DNA of 64,000 nt from Octopus vulgaris (lineage: Eukaryota): positions 81,282,001 through 81,346,000 of the forward strand of contig OX597820.1 of the NCBI GenBank assembly GCA_951406725.2. The letters run 5' to 3'. Numbering within the stretch: the first letter of the stretch is position 1; the number at the start of each line of letters is the position of its first letter. The notes beneath the pieces are model-generated. The model was not told the DNA's origin and did no database searches. It worked only from the letters and a program-made list of their open reading frames with translations. Of this stretch, positions 54,596 through 64,000 are shown piece by piece. Both the position numbers and the translations under genes were made by a program.

Positions 54596-54998
54596 GGCGT
54601 AGGAGTGGCTGTGTGGTAAGTAGCTTGCTTACCAACCACATGGTTCCGGGTTCAGTCCCACTGCGTGGCACTTTGGGCAAGTGTCTTCCACTATAGCCTC
54701 GGGCCAACCAAAGCCTTGCGAGTGGATTTGGTAGACAGAAACTGAAAGAAGCCCGTCATATATATGTATATATATATGTGCATGTGTGCGTGTATGTTTG
54801 TATCTGTGTTTGTCCCCCCTAACATCGCTTGACAATCGATGCTGGTGTATTTACGTCTCCGTAACTTAGCGGTTCGGTAAAAGTGACCAATAGAATAAGT
54901 ACTGGGCTTACAAAGAATAAGTCCTGGGGGCGATTTGCTTGACTAAAGGCGGTGCTCCAGCATGGCCGCAGTCAAATGACTGAAACTAGTAAAAGAGT
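54596..54998 (+). mobile_element. SINE family A, full length (tRNA-derived)
   Basis: A/B-box-like TGGCTGTGTGG and GGTTCAGTCCC, internal microsatellite, 7-bp TSD AAACATA. Confidence 0.93.
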
Positions 54999-55333
54999 AA
55001 ACATATATTAGGTTGTACAGAAAACAGATTCTATCACATGCCAGGGGAAGAAACTAACAGCATTGAGAACCTGGAAACATCACATTTATTGCACCAATTA
55101 TGAGTTGCTCATGTTTCTTTGTTGCCATCTGGTTGTTAATATTATTTAACTCCAAGTCATCCTCCATCCAGCAGGCCTGAAATCATGGATATTCCAACCA
55201 TGACCACCCCACTTTAAGATATCCAGCACTACATCATTCAGCAACATCTCCTTTGTTAGATTATACAGTGCAACCTAGCATGTTAAGTGACAATATAGAG
55301 GTTTCTAGCATTAGCTTGTTGCTACCTGGCAGC

Positions 55334-55777
55334 TGCTAGAGTCACATCTGGTTTCTGCTAGAGTCACATCTGGCTTCTGCTAGAGTCACATCTGGTTGCT
55401 GCTAGAGTCACATCTGGTTGCTGCTAGAGTCACAGCTGGTTGACGCTAGAGTTACAGCTGGTCGATGCTAGAGTTACAGCTGGTCGATGCTAGAGTTACA
55501 GCTGGTAGATGCTAGAGCCACAGCTGGTCAATGCTAGAGTCACAGCTGGTTGATGCTAGAGTCACAGCTGGTTGATGCTAGAGTCACAGCTAGTTGATAC
55601 TAGACTTACATCTGGTCAATGCTAGACTTACATCTGGTCGATGTTAGACTTACATCTGGTTGCTGCTAGAGTTACATCTGGTTACTGCAAGAGTCACATC
55701 TAGTAGCTGCAAGAGTCACATCTAGAAGCTGCAAGAGTCACATCTAGAAGCTGCAAGAGTCACATCTGGTAGCTGCC
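55334..55777. repeat. 22-bp minisatellite, about 20 copies
   Basis: Unit TGCTAGAGTCACATCTGGTTGC with positional variants. Confidence 0.97.
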
Positions 55778-56160
55778 AAATAATTGAAAATCAAGAATAA
55801 TTTTTAGAACTGAAACAAAGCTAAATACTAATCTCTACTATTGTGACTATGTGCGTATGCATGTAGATGTATTAATGTTTATTCTATATTTCCACTGTAA
55901 CAATATAATAATTGTATTACCACTGTTGCAATATCTGCTCAATGAGTGAATCAATCAATGACTATACATGCATCACAACAATAAATACTATAACAATAAC
56001 ATAATTATGATAGAAATATGATTACATTAGTAAATATGTATTCATTGATACATTACAAAACATACGCCTACATTCATGCACATATACACAAATATACATT
56101 GTAAATGCACAGAAAAACACACTACACACATACACACATACGTACATATACACATACATA

Positions 56161-56965
56161 TAGGGTGTTCAGGCTAAATTTAATAATTTTTATGTCTTCT
56201 TTTTTCAGGAACAGCATAACGTATTGGTGAAAAGTCAATGGCATTGGAAAGTATAAATAATATTAAATTTGTAGCTGAGGAAGAGCTGCCTGACATGGAG
56301 TTGCTTGTATCTTGATGATTCATGCTGGGTGTCAAAATGCTAACGTCATTACTACTGCTCAATGCTCTGTTGGCATTGTAAAGGTTATAAGGAATGACAT
56401 GGACAGGTGCAACAGAGACTGCAAAGCTGTGGGAAGGGACACAGCAGGCACTCTGACTGTGTCCATGCACCAGAGTTCATCCACCAATTGATGTGTAGGC
56501 CTTACGCTCAATGAAGACAGCTATGTGAAGTTGTAGGAGACTTTGGTCAAACCCTGGCTGGAGAAGGTTGCTGCTGGAAGGTCATGTGTGTGACAACGTG
56601 ATTCAGCTCCAGAGTCGAGAGGGGTCAAAGAATTTGTACAATTTCACCAGCCCTAATTTCTTGCTTCCTAATTCCTTCAATTATAATCTTATGGATTATA
56701 ATGTGTGAGGTATAGTTAAGAAAGACACCAACTGCTCTGGTGGCCAAAATCAAGGAGGAGTTTGAAGATCTTCCCAGAGACACAGTGAGGAACACATGTG
56801 TCAGGTTTTAGAGCTGTCTTGAGGCCATAGTGGAAGCTGAGGGCAGCTATTTTGAGTAAACTGTTATCTAGTTGATATCAAGTTTATTTTTTAAAATACA
56901 TTTATATTTGTATGGGACATTGTGTTTTATTTTTCCTTTACACAAACTGTCAAACTCTCCCTATG
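56161..56965 (+). mobile_element. Degenerate Tc1/mariner element of DD37D (maT)-like type
   Basis: Remnant motifs Q..DSAP (~56595-56610) and FLLPNSFNYNLMDYNVxG (consensus WPPNSPDLNPxDY). TAGGG.../...CCCTA ends. Confidence 0.65.
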
Positions 56966-57072
56966 TATACACACACATTTCATTACATACATGAATATAT
57001 ATCTGTGTGTTTGTGTGTGTGCATGTGTGTAATAATCTATCTATCTATCTATATATATATATATGTATATAT

Positions 57073-57356
57073 TGTGAAATAGAAAGATGAATAATCTTGT
57101 TGCAGATTAATCAAAAGTTTAATCAAGAGTTTGGCCATGGGCTCTTAGGAGCCTCGTTCGATTTGTCTTGCTCCGCCTCTGTTCTGTTTTTGTTTTTTTC
57201 CAACGGATTTCCTATTTCTTCCTGAAGAGAAAGACACAATATGGTCTCCTTATTCAATCGGAATTTGGTAAATTGTGCCTTTCGAAACACGTGTAGAATG
57301 CAATAAAACGATTTCTGTTCAATCTTCGTTCAACTCCATTTCTTCAATTCACTAAT
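57073..57356 (+). mobile_element. ~285-bp hammerhead-bearing unit inside a (TA)n tract
   Basis: Bounded by (TA)n on both sides. Hammerhead, AATAAA and TCGTTCAACTCCATT tail are shared with 6750-7050. Confidence 0.7.
57219..57298 (+). ncRNA. Type I hammerhead ribozyme with enlarged stem II
   Basis: Stem I TTC/GAA; core CTGAAGA 57222-28; stem II GAAAGaCACAAT...ATTGTGcCTTTC; GAAA 57284-87; palindromic stem III ACACGTGT; GUA triplet ending at 57295. Confidence 0.85.
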
Positions 57357-57564
57357 AATATATATATATATATATATAGAAACATATATATACACACACA
57401 TAAATCAGAAAATGTATATATATATTCACACGCTCACAAACACAAATCTATACATGCATTTATGCACACTGGCTCAGTATACATTTACATAAATACAAGC
57501 TACTTTGAATAAAACAGTGTTACGTCTTCAGAAGTGTGTTGTTGGCTCTATTTTGTTGAGGCCT

Positions 57565-58236
57565 CCACCTCAGTTGTGGACAGCTAAGTATTTTCTTATT
57601 TTTCTTTCTAGTTATGATTCTATCTATGTAAGATCTGGACGACCCGTCGTTTCTTGCCCAGGTCCACGCTGGAGTGTCTGGGTGGTCCAGTCTGAATCGA
57701 TCTGCCAACTCGAAACGACTTAGCAGATCGTTGAGGTGAGGTAATCCCCTCCTATTCTTTCTCGAGCCAACATAATCTATGCATGCATCGCAAATTATGT
57801 TGAAGTCACCTAGCAGTACTACGTGTTCGACGTGCCAAGAAAATTCTCTAGGCTTTTGAAATAATATTTCTGTTGGGCATTTCCTTCGCAGGGAGCATAG
57901 ACAGCGACCAGCCTGAACACTTTACCACTGCTATGTGTCACATCCAAAACGACTAACCTGCCTTCCGGATCTATAAAGACAGTTCTAATCTCTAAATCCA
58001 GGTTTTTTCTGACCAGCACTGCCACTCCTCCGCCCCCTCCAGGTTGACAGGGAGAAACGTATTTCTCGTAGCTGTTTAGCAAGGGTGAAAAAGCCTGCAG
58101 CCCACTCAGTCTGGATTCGGTAATTACAACTACATCCAAACGATGCGACCCAAGGTCGTTAAGGAGGTAGCCTTGCTTCCAATATGACCCCAGGTCGCGA
58201 ATATTTAAACAACCGGGTTTAAACGAGAATGTGAAA
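57565..58236 (-). pseudogene. ORF2 apurinic-like endonuclease domain, disrupted and truncated
   Basis: Motifs CLNIRDL, DVVVITES, GGGVAVL, DPEGRLV, VAVYAP, LLGDFN and SYIDR. In-frame stop at 57819-21 plus a frameshift. Ends before the SDH motif. Confidence 0.9.
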
Positions 58237-58257
58237 AATCAGTCGAATGTTTAAAAC

Positions 58258-59758
58258 TTACTGTTTTAATGGGAGAGAGGGTGTAGTTTCACCCTCCTCT
58301 TTTTTGTTTGCGAGATCATTTTTTTTTGCGAATTGCCTGTATAGATGGCTTGAAAAGTTAATCTGTAACGGGCCAACGTCCTCCGAAAAAGATTTTTTTA
58401 GTTCAAAATAGTCAGAGTTACCTATAGTATAAAATTTGACATTTTCAAGAATAGTATTATTTACATCTGTTGAGATATATTTTTTCGCCGATTTCATTAA
58501 AACAATTTTGTCTCTTAATAGTTTATAATTTTTGTTTATTGCCGTGAAGGTGTTTCTCTTTTTTATATTAGGCGATTGTGGAGGGGGGGTGCTTGTTGGT
58601 GTGTGTATGCTTGTAGAAGCGTGGGTGTTTGTAGGTGTATGTGTGTGTGTTTGTGTGTGCTTTTTACAGTGTGTGTGTTTTTTTGGCTACGTGTGTGTTT
58701 GCGACTGTATTTGTGGGTGTGGGTGTGCTTGTCTGTCTCGGAGCATAGTCCTGTGTATCCGAAGAAGGTGGGTTTTTCCGTTTCCGTCTTCTTTTTGAAG
58801 GTTCCACGGTGACCCACTCCTGGATGTTGTTGTTGTTTTCTCCCGCTGTCGGCTGTACTTCGGCAATTGGGGTGAGTGACGTGGCTGCTATTTGTAGCGG
58901 TGTGGTCATTGTCTTTGGCGGCGTGCTTGCCTCTTCTGCTGCGTTTTCTTTGGCTGTCTTCTTACAGCTCGACCTTATGTGGCCTTTCTTGCCACATTTG
59001 TAACATCTGGGCTTTCTCCCCTCAACTACCACCATCATGCTGGTATTTTCTCCAATTGTAAGGGAACTGGACAATGTTTCTAAGTCTGAGGGGTTTGCTT
59101 GGATGACAAGCTCTAAATCTTGTCCAAACCAGTTCATGTGGTGGTATCTCTTAGATTGAAGAATTGAAATTTCTTCTTCTTTCCCTACGAGAATAGCGGC
59201 TATGACAAAGGCCACATCTATTTCGGGTGGTGTATCCATGACTGTGATTTTTGAAGTTCTCTTTCCGAAGTAAGTCGGCTGGAGAACTACTTCTTCCGAC
59301 TTTAATGTCAATGTTGAATGTTCCCTAGCTTTTTCTTCGCTAGGGAAACACACCTCTACAGTGTCGAAGCGACTACCCCTCGTTATGTAACTTGTTTGTT
59401 GCCATATCAGCCTCAAGCATTTTTCTATGGCTTCCCTCGGTACAAAGTCGATTTTTTTATTTTTGACATTATATGTTTTATATATTACCGTCTTTCTCTC
59501 CATAACGTAAATTAATTCACTGGGAGGGAGCAACTTCACATTATCACCTTCTTTGTTTAGTAAACCTAGGTATTTCTTTAATTCTTCTTTGTTAATAGCT
59601 ATATTTTCGCAGGGGCGAGTTGCTGCACTTGCAAAATTTATTTTTGACTTTTCCTGTTGTGTAGTAGCTTCTCTAGACATCTTGTCGTCTGCTTTTGTAA
59701 CGCGCGCGTGAGACGCCTCTTTACTTTTACCTTCCTCCTCCCACCTATTCGCCTTCAT
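58258..59758 (-). pseudogene. LINE ORF1 gag-like nucleic-acid-binding protein, frameshifted
   Basis: ATG at 59758, CYKCGKKGHIRSSC zinc knuckle, basic NLS-like KRRRKRK. The frame is lost in an (AC)-rich linker at ~58600-58700 and resumes to a stop at 58258. Confidence 0.85.
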
Positions 59759-59975
59759 GCCTTCAAACAAATTTTCAGTTTTCCTCCGACTCGGAAGAAA
59801 TTGGTGGCAAATTCATATTTTTCGTCGCTTCCCCCTTGAAACAAGCGGGAAATAATAGCAAAACTCTGCTGCAACAGCAGAAAAGAAGTGGTCTCGACGA
59901 CCAAAACAGCAAATTTTCAAAATTTTCAGCACAAAAACAATATTTCACTGCGGAGCAAAGAATAACACGACCGAT

Positions 59976-59998
59976 GAGAGAGAGAGAGATTGAGAGAG

Positions 59999-60080
<82 letters not shown>
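59976..60080. repeat. (GA)n-(GATA)n microsatellite
   Basis: Seen directly in the sequence. Confidence 0.97.
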
Positions 60081-60081
<1 letters not shown>

Positions 60082-60740
60082 TTACCATAGTTTAGCAAAT
60101 TGTATTTGGAAAGAAATGGTTGAAAGATAACAAATTACAAAAGATAATTAGCTTCCCAGAGCACCAGAGACCCTGCTTTCACCTGGACAGAACAGAAAAA
60201 TCCAAGAAGCTGAACAATATTCCAGGTAAAATATTATTTTCAAATATCTCATAAAAGATATCACACTAAAACTCTTGCAGGAACAATTATAAATTATACT
60301 GAAGACGTAAACAGAGCAAAAATATCAGAAACATATCATGAGAAAGAAAGTTTGGGAAATGTAAGGAAAGTAGTTAACAGGAACACCTACCAAGTGACAG
60401 ATACATGGTTCACATCCTGTCAGAGGGTTGCTGTTTCTATTTTCTGTTACAACTTTATATAGATATTTAATGTTTTTCGTAGTAAATTGAAGTGGTGAAT
60501 GCACTCACGAAAAAAAAGCCGCCAATCAAAGGGAAATAACTCCTCCGTTAATGTTTAATTACTGTCATTTTATAAGGTAAAACATTACAATAGCGTGTTC
60601 AAAGGCCGAAACCCCCGAACATATCTCATTATCAGCACTGAAATGCGTCTATGACAAGGACCTAATCATGCGTCTATGACAAGGACCTAATCAAAAAAGG
60701 CACAATAGGATGGTAGGTATGATTACCGAAAGCTGATGAC

Positions 60741-61153
60741 GGGCGAGCTGGCAGACATGTTAGCGCGCCGGGCGAAATGCTTAGCGGTATTTCGTCTGTC
60801 GTTACGTTGTGAGTTCAAATTCCGCCGAGGTCGACTTTGCCTTTCATCCTTTCGGGGTCGATAAATTAAGTACCAGTTACGTACTGGGGTCGATGTAATC
60901 GACTTATACCTATGTCTGTCTTTGTTTGTCCCCTCTATGTTTAGCCCCTTGTGGGTAATAAAGAAATAGGTATTTCGTCTGTCGTTACGTTCTGAGTTCA
61001 AATTCCGCCGAGGGTCAACTTTGCCTTTCATCCTTTCGGGGTCGATAAATAAAGTATCAGTTTCGCACTGGGGGCGATATAATCGACTCAATCCCTTCGT
61101 CTGTCCTTGTTTGTTCCCTCTATGTTTAGCCCCTTCTGGGCAGTAAAGAAATA
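60741..61153 (+). mobile_element. SINE family B with tandem headless second unit
   Basis: Unit 1 spans 60741-60968. Unit 2 restarts at GGTATTTCGTCTGTCG (60969) and ends at TAAAGAAATA. Confidence 0.92.
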
Positions 61154-61279
61154 TATATTAAACAGCCATTAATAACTGCCAAGTGCAAAATTAAAATATT
61201 TCTTCTGTGAGTATATAAGATGAGAGGGAGAAAAAGAGTGAGAAGCTTGACGCGATTGAGTACCATAAATGCGGATTTA

Positions 61280-62766
61280 TGAGAGAGAGTTAGTTTAGAT
61301 GAGATGCAGTTTGGGTTCGTGCCAGGGAAAAGTACCACTGATGCTATATTCCTGGTAAGGCAGCTGTAGGAGAAATACCTAGCCAAAGATAAGCCCCTGT
61401 ACCTGGCTTTTGTTGACATGGAGAAAGCCTTCGACAGGGTCCCCCGATCCCTTATCTGGTGGTCAATGAGGAAACTAGGGATAGATGAATGGTTAGTGAG
61501 AGCTGTGCGAGCCATGTACAGGGATGCTGCTAGTAAGGTGAGGGTTGGCAACGAGTACAATGAAGAATTCCGGGTAGAGGTAGGGGTCTACCAAGGCTCA
61601 GTCCTCAGCCCCCTCCTATTTATCATAGTCCTCCAGGCAATAATGCAGGAATTCAAGACAGAATGCCCCTGGGAGCTCCTCTATGCTGATGACCTTGCTC
61701 TAATTGCTGAGTCACTATTAGAACTGGAGGAGAAGTTTCAGGTGTGGAAGCAAGGATTAGAATCGAAGGGCCTTAGAGTCAATCTAGCTAAAACCAAAGT
61801 CCTAATAAGTAGGAAGGTAGACAAATCACAAACGCATTCAGGTAGATGGCCCTGCTCGATCTGTAGAAAATGTGCAGGTAGAAACTCTATAAGATGCACC
61901 AAGTGTAAGCTATGGTCACATAAGAGGTGCAGCAATGTCAAAGGAAGGCTAACTAGGAAGATAGTCTTTGTATGTGGCAGATGCTCAGGAGCAATAAACA
62001 CTGAAAATGATCCGAGACCAACTTCTGCCACATTCCAGGGAGAAAAACTAGAAATAGTTGATAGCTTCTGTTACCTAAGTGACCAAGTCAGTAGCGGGGG
62101 CGGGTGTGCTGAAAGTGTAACTACTAGAATAAGAATAGCTTGGGCAAAGTTCAGAGAGCTCTTACCTCTGCTGGTGACAAAAGGCCTCTCGCTCAGAGTA
62201 AAAAGCAGACTGTATGACGTGTGTGTACGAACAGCCATGCTACATGGCAGTGAAACATGGGCCGTGACTGCTGAGGATATGCGTAAGCTCGCAAGAAATG
62301 AAGCCAGTATGCTCTGATGGATGTGTAATGTCAGTGTTCATACTCGACAGTTCATACCTTGAGAGAAAAGCTGGACCTAAGAAGCATCAGTTGTGGTGTG
62401 CAAGAGAGACGTTTGCACTGGTATGGTCATGTGGCGAGAATGGATGAAGATAGTTGTGTGAAAAAGTGCCACACCCTAGCGGTTTAGGGAACCTGTGGAA
62501 GAGGCAGACCCAGGAAAACCTGGGACGAGGTGGTGAAGCCGTTTACCAGACTCGTCTGGCACCTGTGCCGGTGGCACGTAAAAAGCACCCACTACACTCA
62601 CGGAGTGGTTGGCGTTAGGAAGGGCATCCAGCCATAGAAACATTGTCAGATCAGACTGGGCCTGGTGCAGCCTTCTGGCTTCCCAGACCCCAGTTGAATC
62701 GTCCAACCCATGCTAGCATGGAAAGTGGACGCTAAACGATGATGATGATGATGATGGTGATGATGA
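61280..62766 (+). mobile_element. 5'-truncated RTE-clade LINE with (GAT)n tail
   Basis: Motifs QFGF..STTDAIF, FVDMEKAFD, QGSVLSPLLF, LYADD, HGSETW, LHWYGHVARM and GRGRPRKTW, then a 3' UTR ending in (GAT)n. Confidence 0.95.
61418..62317 (+). pseudogene. RTE reverse transcriptase fragment with inserted PHD-like zinc finger
   Basis: 299-aa ORF with YADD, bounded by premature stops. C4HC3 motif at 61853-61984. Confidence 0.9.
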
Positions 62767-63275
62767 CAAGGTTTCACAAAACCTCACAGTAACCTGTCTC
62801 TGACCACTTCAAGTTCAACAATACAATGTTTCAAAATCTACATATGCAAACTGAAATTTTCCTTTAAGTTACGTTCTAAATACCAATAAATACCATAAAG
62901 TTACTTATCTCATCATTTCTCCAAACTTTTAACTATTTTAAAAATTACTTAGGTTTTTAGTTGAAATATAGCTGTATGTTGTTTTACTGAAATATGGTCC
63001 CGGCCATGTATATTCTTGGATCAGTGAATAATTGATTAAATTTGACCTCTCCATCAGGCTATCTAGAATAATGATAATAACTGTGTCTAATTTAGGCACA
63101 CAAAACCAGTTAATTTTGTTTAGTTGATTACATCGACACCAATACCTGAATGATAGGATGAAGGACAAAGTTTAACTTGAATAGGATTTGAACTTAGACT
63201 GTAAAGTGAGAATGAATATTGGAAGATATTTTGTTTTCCAACAACAATTATGCCCTAATAATAATAAATTCTCAC

Positions 63276-63318
<43 letters not shown>

Positions 63319-64000
63319 GTTCCAAAGTGTTGGGGGGAAGTTAAAGATAATTAAATCGAATCCAGCATTTGATTTTGTTAATGATCGGTAAAGTTAACCT
63401 TGGTTAGACTTCAATTCCAAAATCTATATAGGTTTTGGAATTGAAAACAGCACAATTCTAGTGTAAGGGAGATAACTCAGTCGTAGAAGATGACTAACCC
63501 AGGCATGTATGAACAAGTGTGAGATTCAATGATGTCACAAGATCGTCCCATCCATCTCCCTGCTTTTCTGGGGGCTGCAGGTTTTTTTTATGCATTTAAG
63601 TATAAAGAACACCCACTAAAAATTCGGGTGTTGTCTATGCTTAGCAAGGGAAATTTCATTTTGTTTTAACTTCCATCAACAGGTTTGACAGAATTAGTGA
63701 AGTCTCATCTCTATATTCTGAGTTCAAATTCCAACTTAGTTTAATTTCGATGAGTGGGAGAGGAATGATAACTAGCAGCACAGAAAAGGCGATGATATAA
63801 TATATAGTAACAGGTGCAGTTCTCATTGAATTAAAGCAGCAGAATAATCCAGGAGATAAAAAAAAACTGATGAAATAGGGGAGTAGCAAGGGGAGAGAAA
63901 ATGGAGAAATATATCTAAATCAATCATCAACTATCAGATAATACCGAATCATATACTTTATTAAAACACTACACAATAGCAATATCTATATATATATATA

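Larger units (their letters stand above)
57565..59975 (-). mobile_element. Tx1/L1-clade LINE: 5' UTR, ORF1 and endonuclease only
   Basis: ORF1 with a CCHC knuckle followed by an APE endonuclease; the RT is absent. The 5' end abuts (TC)n. Confidence 0.9.

Noticed and set aside
55334-55777. Regular short repeats resembling a CRISPR array
   Set aside because: Units are head-to-tail with no unique spacers, there are no cas genes, and the context is eukaryotic.
57490-57535. Minus-strand CTGAAGA...CAAAGTAGCTTGTA hammerhead-like string; a similar weak case at ~27490-27530
   Set aside because: At 57.5 kb the GAAA box and stem II pairing are missing, and at 27.5 kb the CUGANGA core is missing. Both are too degenerate to call.
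60723-61091. 122-aa ORF with an internal repeat, similar to the ORF at 54011-54340
   Set aside because: It is the antisense reading of SINE family B, and the similarity reflects the repeat.

Overview
Strongly AT-rich, repeat-dense eukaryotic DNA that is intronic or intergenic. The SINE, RTE, mariner and microsatellite landscape suggests a cephalopod (Octopus-like) genome; this is an inference. No intact host gene is recognisable, only a few candidate micro-exons. The window holds decayed Tc1/mariner elements (one full length with TIRs and TA TSD), hAT, piggyBac and pogo-type MITEs with visible TSDs, two non-autonomous Helitrons and two tRNA-derived SINE families. It also holds RTE-clade LINE pieces (one RT carrying an inserted PHD-like C4HC3 finger), a Tx1/L1-like LINE with an intact 5' end abutting a (TC)n tract, and micro/minisatellites. 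The most striking signal is a set of type I hammerhead ribozyme motifs. Two homologous ~300-bp units 50 kb apart (6921-7001 and 57219-57298) have intact catalytic cores, palindromic minimal stem III, co-varying helices and an unusually enlarged ~55-nt stem II. Further intact or decayed hammerheads lie at ~26.3, ~14.1, ~43.0 and ~6.8 kb, the last antisense within the first unit. These point to Penelope-pLTR or retrozyme-like self-cleaving elements. All calls were made by eye and most element boundaries are approximate.
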